A stretch of 64,000 nt of DNA from Candidatus Woesearchaeota archaeon. GTDB lineage: Archaea > Nanobdellota > Nanobdellia > Woesearchaeales > JAZDKJ01. Position numbers and translations under genes: made by a program. The stretch covers positions 64,001 through 128,000 of the forward strand of contig JAZDKJ010000008.1 of the NCBI GenBank assembly GCA_043803105.1, read 5' to 3'. Positions 10,258 to 19,766 of the stretch are shown one piece after another (position 1 is the stretch's first letter; each line of letters starts with the position of its first letter). Under the pieces are notes generated by a model. It worked only from the letters and a program-made list of their open reading frames with translations, did not search any database and had not been told where the DNA came from.

Positions 10258-10461
10258 GGTCATGTAGGCTCTGTGAGCACTAGGTATCAAGATAGTTTTT
10301 GCTGAGATTTGTATATGCTTTTGGATGGGTGAGTAATGGGTGCTTGAGTGAGTTAGGGGGCAAGAGCTAAAAGCCATCAAAAATGAGGGGCTGCAATTGC
10401 TGGGCAGCAATTGTACAGCACAACAAAAGCTTCTTAAATATTGGAGAGCTAGCTAAGGTTA

Positions 10462-11640
10462 ATGGACAAGAGATCTCTAGTGATCGCAGGGATAGACCCT
10501 GGCACAACCACAGGCTTTTGCCTTATTGACCTGCAAGGCAGAATAATAAGCTTGCAATCAGGAAAGCAGCTTACCCTTGAACGACTGATCAGCAAGACAG
10601 TAGACAGCGGCAGGATAATCCTGGCAGGCTGCGACAAGAAAAATGTGCCTCTAATGGTCCAGAAGTTTTCTGCGCAATTCAATATCAAGGTAGAGGCTCC
10701 TGTTCATGACCTTCTACAAGATGAAAAAAAGGAGCTTGTTGGCAACACCAAGACAATGAACACGCATGAGTTTGACAGCGTAGCCTCTGCTAGCTTTGCA
10801 TTGAAGCAGGTAAGCCCTTTAGTACGGAAGATAAGGTTCTTGCTAAAAGAACAGAACAGGCAGGATTTGTTCGACAGAGTGGCTGAAATCGTGATAAGGA
10901 AAAGGATCAGCGTCAGACTTGCTTTCGACATGATAACCAAACCACAAAAAGAAGAGGTCAAGGTGGCGGTTAGCGCAACCCAGGAAGAAAGGGTGAGCAA
11001 AGAGAGGGTGCTCAAGCTGTATGAAGGTTTGCAGCAGGAAAAGTCTTTCAATGCACTCCTCAAACAGGAAAACCAACAGCTCAGAAAAGAACTAGAAAAG
11101 CAAAAAGAAATTGCCTCTTACCTAAGGGGAAAGATCGACAAGCTGTCACGAGAAGACGGGTCAGAGCAAAGGCAGATGTATAAGCAAGAGCAGCAGAACA
11201 ATCTAAAAAGCCGGCTGAGGGCACTGTACGCAGAGATTGAAGAGCTGAAGAGAGAGTTGCACAACGAGAGGTCGGTCTTGGCTGACTCAGGAGACAAGAC
11301 AATTGCCAAGAAGCTGAGAAACCTGGGCTCGCAGGAATTTGAGAAGAAATCAAGATTCATAAGACAGGGAGACGTCCTAGTCGTGGATGACCCGGGGATT
11401 GTTAGCGAAAGCGTGATAGAAAGGCTCAAGCAACTGCATGCTGTACTTATAGTGAAGAAGCACATGAGCCCAAAGGCGTTAAGAGAGATTGAGCTTCCAG
11501 TTGCCAATGCTGAGACTGTAAGAATGAAAGAGAGCAGGTACTTTGCGAGCATCGACAAGAAAGCTGTAGAGAGAATAAGCACACAAAGGGAGTTCTTGAA
11601 AAAGATAGTCAAGAGCTATCAGGCAGAAAGAAGATCATAA
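10462..11640 (+). CDS. DUF460-type RNase H-fold predicted nuclease with coiled coil
   Basis: IAGIDPGTTTG N-terminus, HEFDS motif, coiled-coil C-half. Confidence 0.8.
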   Translation: MDKRSLVIAGIDPGTTTGFCLIDLQGRIISLQSGKQLTLERLISKTVDSGRIILAGCDKKNVPLMVQKFSAQFNIKVEAPVHDLLQDEKKELVGNTKTMNTHEFDSVASASFALKQVSPLVRKIRFLLKEQNRQDLFDRVAEIVIRKRISVRLAFDMITKPQKEEVKVAVSATQEERVSKERVLKLYEGLQQEKSFNALLKQENQQLRKELEKQKEIASYLRGKIDKLSREDGSEQRQMYKQEQQNNLKSRLRALYAEIEELKRELHNERSVLADSGDKTIAKKLRNLGSQEFEKKSRFIRQGDVLVVDDPGIVSESVIERLKQLHAVLIVKKHMSPKALREIELPVANAETVRMKESRYFASIDKKAVERISTQREFLKKIVKSYQAERRS

Positions 11641-12039
11641 CCCAGAGTATGGAATCCATCTCTTGGTCATATCTTCAAGATTCTGAACAAAAACCTTACT
11701 GCCAACAGAGAGCACACGAAACTGCCTGCCGCGAATGACTACAAGGTCACCCTTCTTTATGTTGTAACATCGGAACAACACAGTGACGCGATAGACATCC
11801 TTTCCAGTCTGCCTGTTCCTCGTAAAGATGGTCCGACTGGTCTTGAGCTCACCTGCAAAACTTTTTTGAAGGGTTTTCCCAAGAGCCCGCAAGGAACGCT
11901 GCGAGACAAAATAGTAATCAAGGCCATTCTTTGCCTTCTTGACCTGGGAAATATCCTCGCCAGAAGACTCAACATAATCTATGACAACCTCGGTAGGATT
12001 CCTCAGCTGTAGTATCCCTTCAAAATAATCAGAGTGCAT
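11635..12039 (-). CDS. NMD3-related protein (C-terminal domain type)
   Basis: YFEGILQLR, GLDYYF, GKDVYRVTVLFR motifs. Confidence 0.8.
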   Translation of the reverse strand: MHSDYFEGILQLRNPTEVVIDYVESSGEDISQVKKAKNGLDYYFVSQRSLRALGKTLQKSFAGELKTSRTIFTRNRQTGKDVYRVTVLFRCYNIKKGDLVVIRGRQFRVLSVGSKVFVQNLEDMTKRWIPYSGL

Positions 12040-12093
12040 GGACGATAAAAAAAACAGTAAGGTTTATAAGAGTTGCTAAGCGTCTGCAAGCGA

Positions 12094-12675
12094 ATGGACT
12101 GGAAGAACACTCTCAAAAAGGCTTGGTATTTCATATGGGAGGATGACTCAATATTAAGCTGGCTTGTGAATATAGTGCTTGCGTTTGTGCTGATAAAATT
12201 CCTTGTTTATCCAGGACTGGGGTTATTGCTTGGAACAACGCATCCAGTTGTTGCTGTTGTCTCAGGAAGCATGGAGCACGACGGCAGTTTCTCAAATTGG
12301 TGGGAAAGCCAGAAAGGCTTCTATGATGCTTACAACATAACCGATGCAGAATTCAAGGATTACAGGTTCAACAACGGATTCAATAAAGGGGATATCATGA
12401 TCCTCAAGGGAGTGGCTCCGGAAGACATCAGGGTGGGTGATGTCCTGGTATACAGAACAGCAAGGCCTGACCCTATAATCCATAGGACAATCAAGATATA
12501 CGCTGATAACGGCAAACTGTACTTCCAGGCAAAGGGAGACCACAACTATGCTTCAAACCAAGACGAAACACGTATCAGCGAGGGCCAGATCGTAGGAAGG
12601 GCATTCATAAGAGTCCCATTATTGGGCTGGATAAAGATAGGATTTGTTGAGCTACTAAAACTGGTGATACCATGA
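12094..12675 (+). CDS. sec11: Signal peptidase I, archaeal Sec11 type
   Basis: VVSGSME (catalytic Ser), PIIHR (His), KGDHN. Confidence 0.92.
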   Translation: MDWKNTLKKAWYFIWEDDSILSWLVNIVLAFVLIKFLVYPGLGLLLGTTHPVVAVVSGSMEHDGSFSNWWESQKGFYDAYNITDAEFKDYRFNNGFNKGDIMILKGVAPEDIRVGDVLVYRTARPDPIIHRTIKIYADNGKLYFQAKGDHNYASNQDETRISEGQIVGRAFIRVPLLGWIKIGFVELLKLVIP

Positions 12676-12992
12676 TGTTCTGACCAAAGTGCGGATCGAT
12701 TCTAACGATAAGGGAAGTGAAGGGAAAAAAAGTGCTTGCGTGCAGCTGCGGTTATGTGGCAAAGGATAAGCAGGCAGGAACAATAAAGGAACAGATCAAT
12801 TTATCTTCAAAGAAAATTGATATAGTTCGCGACGAGGAGAAGTCCATACTTCCGAGGACATCTGCAACATGCCCAAAGTGCGGCCATGAAACTGCGTACT
12901 ATTGGCTTGTACAGACAAGGGCTGGGGATGAACCTGAGACAAAGTTTCTCAAGTGCGAGAAGTGCGAGACAGTGTGGCGGGATTATAACTGA
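12672..12992 (+). CDS. tfs: Transcription factor S (TFS/RpoM), with in-frame TGA at the first Cys
   Basis: MMF*PKCGS...CSCGY...CPKCGH...QTRAGDEPET.F.KCEKC; GGTGA RBS and ATGA overlap support a start at 12672; TGA at 12681-12683. Confidence 0.85.
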
Positions 12993-13011
12993 TTATCCTG
13001 CTTTAGAGAAC

Positions 13012-13263
13012 ATGGATATTTCTGAAAGGCTTGTGGCAGATTTGAAATCTGGCAAAGTCAAGGTAGTAATCAGGCCGAAAGCGGTCAATACCAGCATTGT
13101 AAGTTATAATGGCGAGAGCTACAAAATGGATGTCAAAGCAGCACCAGTAAAAGGAGAGGCAAATATTGAATTAGTCAAGTTCGTATCCAGGTTAGTAAAG
13201 CAAAGAGTTGAGATTGTGAGCGGACTAACAAGCAGGACGAAAATCCTGCGGTTTAGCCGTTAA
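13012..13263 (+). CDS. DUF167/YggU family protein
   Basis: VKAAPVKGEANIELVKF...IVSGLTSRTK. Confidence 0.85.
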   Translation: MDISERLVADLKSGKVKVVIRPKAVNTSIVSYNGESYKMDVKAAPVKGEANIELVKFVSRLVKQRVEIVSGLTSRTKILRFSR

Positions 13264-13302
13264 GAAGCAAAAGTTTTCTGCAAAAGGTTTATTTTTGGCT
13301 GA

Positions 13303-13551
13303 ATGTTGAACAAATTGATGTCACAGGTTGTATTAATAACCATAAAACAGGGGCTACTGAAATCAAGAGAATGCCATTTCAGGGAGGCAATTGGAATGTT
13401 CAACAGCCCTACCTTGGAAGGAGAAATAATGGACTCGGGCTACATACTTGTGGATTTTGACTCAAAAACAATTGTCAACAAGCAATCAGCATTCTCAAGG
13501 ACAGACTTGAAAGGCAAGGTTTTGGAGTTTGACTGGATTGAGCTTATCTGA
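13303..13551 (+). CDS. Hypothetical protein
   Basis: 82-aa ORF in the same orientation as its neighbours; start uncertain. Confidence 0.5.
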   Translation: MLNKLMSQVVLITIKQGLLKSRECHFREAIGMFNSPTLEGEIMDSGYILVDFDSKTIVNKQSAFSRTDLKGKVLEFDWIELI

Positions 13552-14062
13552 TCTTGATATCACTTGCTATCTGGTAGAAGGTGCCATAGGAATTGCATAC
13601 ATTGGAAGGGCAGGCGTAAGTCAGGGTGTAAATCCTGTTTTGCTGCTTTGCAAAGATTTGAGTAAATGTCATACTGTTTTGACCGACTGTGCCGTTGAAC
13701 TGCACCTGCAAACCGTCAAGCTGGCCTAGCTTTGCCTTCCTGGCCTTTGTTATAATATTGAGGTCCTTGAATTTTTGTTTTGCGTTTGTCAGGCCTAGGT
13801 CAATAAGCTTCTCGAGGCTTTGGGACATATTAAGAGGCACTACGCTTATGAAAAAACTGATGCGCTCTCCAGAATCCTTTGCGGTTGGAGTGTAGCTGTA
13901 AATCCCTGAATCCTCTTTCTCAGTCCAGGTCAAGGGTTTTGCTATGGAGAAATTTCCGTGGTCAATAAGCTCTGTCTTGGTTGCGAGATTGGTGCAGCCA
14001 GCAAGTAAAAGCAATAGAATTGTGAAAACCAAAGCCTTGTTCATGACAGGAGGGTTATCCAT
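13544..14062 (-). CDS. PsbP/Mog1-like lipoprotein
   Basis: LLAGC lipobox; FSIAKPLTW and IYTLTY patterns. Confidence 0.65.
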   Translation of the reverse strand: MDNPPVMNKALVFTILLLLLAGCTNLATKTELIDHGNFSIAKPLTWTEKEDSGIYSYTPTAKDSGERISFFISVVPLNMSQSLEKLIDLGLTNAKQKFKDLNIITKARKAKLGQLDGLQVQFNGTVGQNSMTFTQIFAKQQNRIYTLTYACPSNVCNSYGTFYQIASDIKIR

Positions 14063-14128
14063 AGGGCTTAAAAAGCTAATGGCAAGTGAGAGTAAAGCTT
14101 TAAAAAAACAAAGGATTTTGCATTTATC

Positions 14129-14953
14129 ATGGATGAATCAAAATTCGTTGTTTCAGAATATGGTTCTGAGGTAAAATACCTTTGGCAAGGCTTTCTCCCA
14201 TTGGAATCAGTAGTTGTGATAAAGAGCGGAAAAAGGTTTGAGCCTGACAAAGCTGCAAAAGACAAGATTGCAGCATATATACTGGAGAGCCTGAAAGAAG
14301 ACCCTAAATGGTTTGACGGTGCAAAACTCAGGTTTGACAACTTCTATGAGCAGGGCACAACACTTTTCATAAATGCAGGCTGGACAAAGTTCTCAGAAAA
14401 CAAGGTGATGTCAAAGATACCCAGGCACACAATGGAGTGGTATCCGAACGAGTTGTCTGTTGATACGCTTCAGGAGACTGTTGACGGATATTTTCCACTT
14501 GGCAAAAGGGGAAAGAGCAATATCTTCCCAGGGTTCATTGATTCTTATGGCTGCGGCACTTACGGCACCAAGGTAAATACTGCGGAAACTGTAGAAGATG
14601 AATGCAAGGAAGAGACAAAATACTTGTTCACGAGAGAGCCATTTGACATAACAAATGCAAGGGCAATGGCACTGATATGGGGAATGAGCCACAATACTAC
14701 GCTCGGGATTTACCTTCCGATTAAAGTCAAGGAGGCACACCTTGCACCCGGGAATGATGAACACAACGAGATAGTGCTCCTTCCGAACAGCAGGGAAAAT
14801 ATTGAACAACTTCTGAATACAGGCAAGATAGGAGAGGCAATCGTGTTCGACCATACGATAGGTCTTATAGAGCAGTACATAAAAAACAGGACTGATGGCA
14901 ATATCAAGCCTGTTAGGGTGCATAGCGGACTTCAGCGAATCATTGAAAGGTAA
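14129..14953 (+). CDS. Nudix-like hypothetical hydrolase
   Basis: FDGAKLR, LGKRG, EDECKEET (Nudix-box-like), EH motif. Confidence 0.55.
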   Translation: MDESKFVVSEYGSEVKYLWQGFLPLESVVVIKSGKRFEPDKAAKDKIAAYILESLKEDPKWFDGAKLRFDNFYEQGTTLFINAGWTKFSENKVMSKIPRHTMEWYPNELSVDTLQETVDGYFPLGKRGKSNIFPGFIDSYGCGTYGTKVNTAETVEDECKEETKYLFTREPFDITNARAMALIWGMSHNTTLGIYLPIKVKEAHLAPGNDEHNEIVLLPNSRENIEQLLNTGKIGEAIVFDHTIGLIEQYIKNRTDGNIKPVRVHSGLQRIIER

Positions 14954-14992
14954 CCAAAACCTTTAAAAACAGACTTCTAATCCACTGAGAAC

Positions 14993-15520
14993 ATGGCAAA
15001 ACTCAGAAAGGCGTGCGCCTACAGAAGGATAGAGCGGCCGCACACAAGGATAAGCAAGTTCAGGAAAAAGTCTTTTGTAAGGGCAAGGCCTGCGTCAAAA
15101 GTGGTCAGGTATGACATGGGGGATCCTGTCAAGAGCTTCAAGTACACACTAAACCTAGTCTCAAAACAATCATTCCAGTTAAGGCATAATGCGATAGAAT
15201 CAGGAAGGCAGAGCGCAAACAAGTTGCTGGAGAAGAACCTTGGAAAGTCAGGATATTACCTTAAGATCAGAGTGTATCCGCACCACATACTAAGAGAGAA
15301 TCCCCTGGCATCAGGAGCAGGAGCTGACAGGATGAGCACAGGAATGGCGCGAGCGTTTGGTAAGCCCATAGGAATAGCTGCCCAAATAAAGAGGGGACAA
15401 CCGGTTGTGCTAATCAGGGTGGACGAGCAGAACATACGGGTAGCGAGGGATGCGCTCAAGAAGTTCTCATACAAGTTCCCGGGAAGCTACAGTATACAGA
15501 TGGTACAATCAGAAGCCTGA
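14993..15520 (+). CDS. rpl10e: 50S ribosomal protein uL16 (L10e)
   Basis: YPHHILRENPLASGAGADRMSTGMARAFGKP. Confidence 0.97.
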   Translation: MAKLRKACAYRRIERPHTRISKFRKKSFVRARPASKVVRYDMGDPVKSFKYTLNLVSKQSFQLRHNAIESGRQSANKLLEKNLGKSGYYLKIRVYPHHILRENPLASGAGADRMSTGMARAFGKPIGIAAQIKRGQPVVLIRVDEQNIRVARDALKKFSYKFPGSYSIQMVQSEA

Positions 15521-16045
15521 AAGCAGGTCAGATTTTGTAATCACACCCTTTATCTTTCCTTTTTCTGCGACAAGCACCAAGGGATAATGCCTGAGCAGCT
15601 GCGAGACAACAAGCACGCTGACAGTCTGTGACACAACAGGAGGGGGCTCTTGCATGATATCTGATACGTTCTTGCCTTTGCCATCCATGAGTGAATCAAG
15701 GATGTTTGCCTCAGAGACAAGGCCGACAACCTGCTCATTGTCTACCACAGGCAATTGGCTGACCTCATGCCTCTTCATCATCTCAACTGCGCGGGAGATC
15801 CTTGCGTCAGGGGGAACTGACAAGAGCTTCCTCTGCATGATCCTGCGAATGTCCAGGTCAAGACCTTCCCGTGCTTTCTCAAGTGCATTGAAGATGCGAA
15901 CTGCATTGGTGTAGGTAGGGTCGACCCTGCCTGACTCGATCTTTGCAATCAGGCTCTGAGAAACTCCAGAACGGTTTGCAAGCTCCTGCTGGGTAAGGTT
16001 CAAACGCCTTCGCAGAAACTTTATCTCCTTTAAATCAGGTATCAC
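15509..16045 (-). CDS. Xre-HTH + CBS transcriptional regulator
   Basis: LTQQELANRSGVSQSLIAKIESGRVDP followed by a CBS pair. Confidence 0.92.
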   Translation of the reverse strand: MIPDLKEIKFLRRRLNLTQQELANRSGVSQSLIAKIESGRVDPTYTNAVRIFNALEKAREGLDLDIRRIMQRKLLSVPPDARISRAVEMMKRHEVSQLPVVDNEQVVGLVSEANILDSLMDGKGKNVSDIMQEPPPVVSQTVSVLVVSQLLRHYPLVLVAEKGKIKGVITKSDLLSGF

Positions 16046-16187
16046 AAGGCTACAAAAGAAGCAGCATATTTAAGTTTTTGCGCTACTATGGGCTGTTAAT
16101 TTAACGAGTGGTTGCTCTAAAGGTAGTTCACAACCAGTATTTTCGGAAAATCTTAAATAATAAACGTTCCTAACAGCCTCTTTAAGG

Positions 16188-16634
16188 GTGGTTCAAACGG
16201 CAGATTTTGAAAAATGGATGAAGTACAGTTTCTTAACCTCTATCTGTTTAGGGATTATCTCATTTATACTATTTGCCATGAATAGTAAAATGTTATATTT
16301 TGGTTTCATTTTGATGATAGTAATTTACTATATAGGGTATTTTGTGATATTGCTCGACATCATAAAAAAGGGTGCAAGGGGTTGGTGGATATTCCTCTGG
16401 TTAATAGGTCTATACCCCCTTATTGGTGTCCCTTATACGATAATTTATTATTTGGTCGGAAAAGATAGCGTTTCAGAAAAGACTTTCGCTGAAAAGGCAA
16501 AGATTAATGTTAATATTAACACCAAGAATTTTGACTTGTATTCACCAATAAAAGCTTCAAAGCATTGTTCGCATTGTGGCAAACCTATCAAACCAAATGT
16601 TAAGTTTTGCGAACATTGTGGGGTGAAACAGTAG
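16188..16634 (+). CDS. Membrane protein with C-terminal double Zn ribbon (cargo)
   Basis: Three TM helices, then CSHCG...FCEHCG. Confidence 0.75.
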   Translation: MVQTADFEKWMKYSFLTSICLGIISFILFAMNSKMLYFGFILMIVIYYIGYFVILLDIIKKGARGWWIFLWLIGLYPLIGVPYTIIYYLVGKDSVSEKTFAEKAKINVNINTKNFDLYSPIKASKHCSHCGKPIKPNVKFCEHCGVKQ

Positions 16635-16642
16635 AGGTATAA

Positions 16643-16915
16643 ATGGAATATAATAAAGAAGATATTATGTGGATTTTAGCTTGGTTAAGCTTTTTTGGTA
16701 TTACCTTTAAGATAATTTTTCAGGTTGTAATAGGGCCACTTATTAATTGGATTGTTGAGGATTTTTTCCCTACAATTACGCTAATGTTAAACTCAGTTAC
16801 CAATTACCTAGATACAACGTTCTTTAACGGCTTTAGTTTGATATGTATATGTTATCTAATCTGGTACTTATTCGGTAAGAAACCCAATAAAACCAAGGAT
16901 AACATATATAACTAA
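16643..16915 (+). CDS. Small membrane protein (cargo)
   Basis: GAGGT RBS; two TM helices. Confidence 0.65.
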   Translation: MEYNKEDIMWILAWLSFFGITFKIIFQVVIGPLINWIVEDFFPTITLMLNSVTNYLDTTFFNGFSLICICYLIWYLFGKKPNKTKDNIYN

Positions 16916-16960
16916 GGTTAAAATAAAAGCTATTATCATCATTTTGTATTCCTTTTTCAT
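16868..16960 (-). CDS. 30-aa single-TM peptide (cargo)
   Basis: AGGTGA RBS; MKKEYKMMIIAFILTLVIYVILGFIGFLTE*. Confidence 0.45.
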   Translation of the reverse strand: MKKEYKMMIIAFILTLVIYVILGFIGFLTE

Positions 16961-17066
16961 ATTAATCACCTTTTCCTATTTGATTTATTTTCCATAGTGT
17001 AAATAATTAGTTGGGATAAAGCTTAAATAATCGTATTCCAATATAGTCTAATCGGGGGGTGTCAGA

Positions 17067-17780
17067 ATGGCTTATTGTCCTGAATGTGGAACTAAAGTAC
17101 AAAGTCATCATAAATTTTGCCAAGATTGTGGGGCAAAAATTGATAGCAAACATAAACCCGAACATAAAGTTGAAAGCCACAAAAAACCAAGTGATAATCA
17201 TAAACAAGTAATTATTGGAATACTCACAAGTGTTATACTCGTCAGTATGATAGCTATTTTCTTTCTTTATCCTATCCCATATCAAAGAGTAGAATTTACT
17301 ACTAAAACAAGCCAATACCAGACACAAGAATCATATCAAGAAACTGTAAATTCAGATAATTGTGATAACGCACCAAGTTGCGTTTGCAGCCAGCGTGGTG
17401 GTTTTCTATGGCTTACTTGTGTGCAATGCAGTTGTACTAGGACTAGAAATGTTGTTGCTAATAAGTTAGTTCTTGACCAAGTAACAATAACAGACCAATG
17501 TTCATTATTTGATATGGCACGAGGTGTAAGAGTATCAAAAACTCACGCTCAAGATATTGTTACAAGATTTTTATCTGTACTGACAAGTATTAGAACCCCT
17601 AATTCGCCAGTTACAATTGGTGACACAAATTTGGAGAATGGGGTGTGGAAAGTCCAAATATTTGAGGGAGGTAGTACATTCGAATCCATAAATGTTAATG
17701 CTCAAAATGGGGATATTGTTTCTGTAACAGTTGGTGGAGTCACCGCCCCTATCGAAAATCTTATTGCCACATACTCATGA
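17067..17780 (+). CDS. Zn-ribbon + TM + extracellular Cys-rich/PepSY-like protein (cargo)
   Basis: YCPECG...FCQDCG, one TM helix, Cys-rich segment, INVNAQNGDIV C-terminus. Confidence 0.75.
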   Translation: MAYCPECGTKVQSHHKFCQDCGAKIDSKHKPEHKVESHKKPSDNHKQVIIGILTSVILVSMIAIFFLYPIPYQRVEFTTKTSQYQTQESYQETVNSDNCDNAPSCVCSQRGGFLWLTCVQCSCTRTRNVVANKLVLDQVTITDQCSLFDMARGVRVSKTHAQDIVTRFLSVLTSIRTPNSPVTIGDTNLENGVWKVQIFEGGSTFESINVNAQNGDIVSVTVGGVTAPIENLIATYS

Positions 17781-17862
17781 AAAAACTACAACCCCCAAAT
17801 AGCGAAGATAAGAATAGAGTTGGATGGGAAAGGACGGTTCAAAAAAGAATAATGTGTTCAAT

Positions 17863-18174
17863 CTAAAAGATTAGTATCAAAATTGAGACTAACATTAATA
17901 TCAAACCTATAAAGGCGCTATAAAAAGAATTTTTCAAATTATCAGTATTTTCAAACTCGTATGACCTAGTATTAAATGCTTTATAAATAAATACATAGGT
18001 CACCAGAAATGAAGCAAACCCTATTCCGAAACAGATTAAAGATGCTGACGGAATATTATACGTAGCAGATGCCGTTTTCTGATAAATATTTATTAGAGTA
18101 AAAAATCCAATTAGAATACTCCCTCCAGTAGAATTTATTGCAAGTACCATATCATTAAACTCTTTCTTAGCCAA
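17863..18174 (-). CDS. Small membrane protein (cargo)
   Basis: Three TM helices. Confidence 0.6.
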   Translation of the reverse strand: MAKKEFNDMVLAINSTGGSILIGFFTLINIYQKTASATYNIPSASLICFGIGFASFLVTYVFIYKAFNTRSYEFENTDNLKNSFYSAFIGLILMLVSILILIF

Positions 18175-18616
18175 CTTGAAACCTCTCTTTGAAATTTAGC
18201 TGCGAAATATCAACAACTATCGAAGTGTTTGTTGTTCCAAACGCAAAGGCACGGTCTTGTAGCTGATATACATTGGTCGAACCTACAGCCTTATACATAT
18301 TTAGGTCATACATCTTCGCATGGATTAGATTATGGTCTATTGTAATTGTGAGGGGTGTATCGCCGAAGTAATTACTTGGAACATTACCATAAATAAAGAT
18401 ATATGATAACAAGGACACACTCTTTTGTGATACTTTGACTTGAGTAGTAGACCCGACTGTTACAGTAACCACTAAGATATTAGATATTGGTACTATAAGC
18501 AAAAGAACTATAATCAGAATTGCGACTCCATACTGGTTAAACAATGCTTGAAGAAACCCGCCTTTACCCCCCATTTCTTCTTCTGGGACTTTTTGACTAT
18601 TTAAATCCTTCTTCAT
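18167..18616 (-). CDS. Membrane-anchored hypothetical protein (cargo)
   Basis: GAGGTG RBS before ATG 18616; one TM helix. Confidence 0.65.
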   Translation of the reverse strand: MKKDLNSQKVPEEEMGGKGGFLQALFNQYGVAILIIVLLLIVPISNILVVTVTVGSTTQVKVSQKSVSLLSYIFIYGNVPSNYFGDTPLTITIDHNLIHAKMYDLNMYKAVGSTNVYQLQDRAFAFGTTNTSIVVDISQLNFKERFQVG

Positions 18617-18633
18617 AAAGAACACCTCAAACA

Positions 18634-18726
18634 AATGTCCAGTGCTTTTTTATTGCCTTCCTAGACGCTGAGAAGCCCGAATTCTGCCTTTTCAGACGCT
18701 GCTTGTCGTCGTGGTCACTGGACATT
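18634..18726 (-). other. Structured non-coding element (11-bp closing stem enclosing two tandem hairpins)
   Basis: AATGTCCAGTG (18634-18644) / CACTGGACATT (18716-18726); direct repeats at 18654-18670 and 18685-18701. Confidence 0.5.
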
Positions 18727-18800
18727 CACGACTAAAGTATATAAAGAAAAACTCCTTAATTAAATAAAGGAAATCGACGGGAAATTACGAGTTTCCCGTC

Positions 18801-19766
18801 GTGGAGTCAAAAATGCGCCGTCAAGCACAAATCCAAACTCCAGAAAGCGGAAAGGCTTCTGGATATAAAATAGTTGTCAAATGTCCATTCTGCAAAAGCC
18901 AAAAATATGCAAAATGGGGCAAAAGAGTAACAGAGAATCGCGGCAAGATACAACTTTACAAATGTCAAGACTGCAACAAAAGATTTAGTAACGACGAAGG
19001 ATTTTATCGAATGAGAAACAATGAAAAAATAATAACCATGAGCATTGACATGTACCTGTCAAACCTAAGCAGTAGAAAAATGCGAAACCAACTAAACAGG
19101 CATTTTGGAACAAAGATTAGCCACATATCAATACTTGATTGGGTGAGAAAATACGTTATGAAAGTTCAAAAATATGTTAACAAATTCCAGCCAAAACTTG
19201 GAGGAAAAATCTATGCTGACGAAACAATTTGTATGCGAAAGAAAAACCAAGATGTTTTCTGGTGTTCGGTGGATTGGGACACAAGATTCATCAACGCCAC
19301 TTTATACAGTCCGCAAGACCAAAATCTCACAGACGCAACACAATTTATGAACAGCATACGAAAATCAAGCAACAGTATTTCAGAAGTAACGACTGACTCT
19401 TTAGGAGTCTATATTCCTGCATTTAAGAAGGTTTTTTACAGCAACAAAGGAAAACGAACTGAACAAACAAAACATACAGCAATCAATTTTAGCAAATCAG
19501 GAAAACATAATGTTAGGATTGAAACTGTGTTCAGCAAAATCAAAGACAGAGTCTATGACTTCCGAGGACTGAAAGCGTTATGGAGCGCTCCAATATTGTT
19601 GGCAGGAATCGTTTTACAACACAACTGGATTGAACAACACACTACGCTCAAGGATTATCCTTGCCAAAGAGCAGGACTAAAATTAGAAACAGGGCAGAAC
19701 AGGTGGCTAGGGCTTATTAGAATTGCTACAACCAGCGCAAGTAAAACAGAATTACCAAAACTATAA
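18801..19766 (+). CDS. DDE transposase, IS6/IS1-like with N-terminal Zn ribbon
   Basis: CPFC...YKCQDC Zn ribbon, HTH (ISHISILDWVRKY), catalytic ADET / TTDS / RIETVF. Confidence 0.9.
   Translation: MESKMRRQAQIQTPESGKASGYKIVVKCPFCKSQKYAKWGKRVTENRGKIQLYKCQDCNKRFSNDEGFYRMRNNEKIITMSIDMYLSNLSSRKMRNQLNRHFGTKISHISILDWVRKYVMKVQKYVNKFQPKLGGKIYADETICMRKKNQDVFWCSVDWDTRFINATLYSPQDQNLTDATQFMNSIRKSSNSISEVTTDSLGVYIPAFKKVFYSNKGKRTEQTKHTAINFSKSGKHNVRIETVFSKIKDRVYDFRGLKALWSAPILLAGIVLQHNWIEQHTTLKDYPCQRAGLKLETGQNRWLGLIRIATTSASKTELPKL

Noticed and set aside
9806-10461. CRISPR array, or protein-coding ORF 10111-10410
   Set aside because: The repeats are inverted and not regularly spaced direct repeats; no cas genes; the ORF lacks coding features
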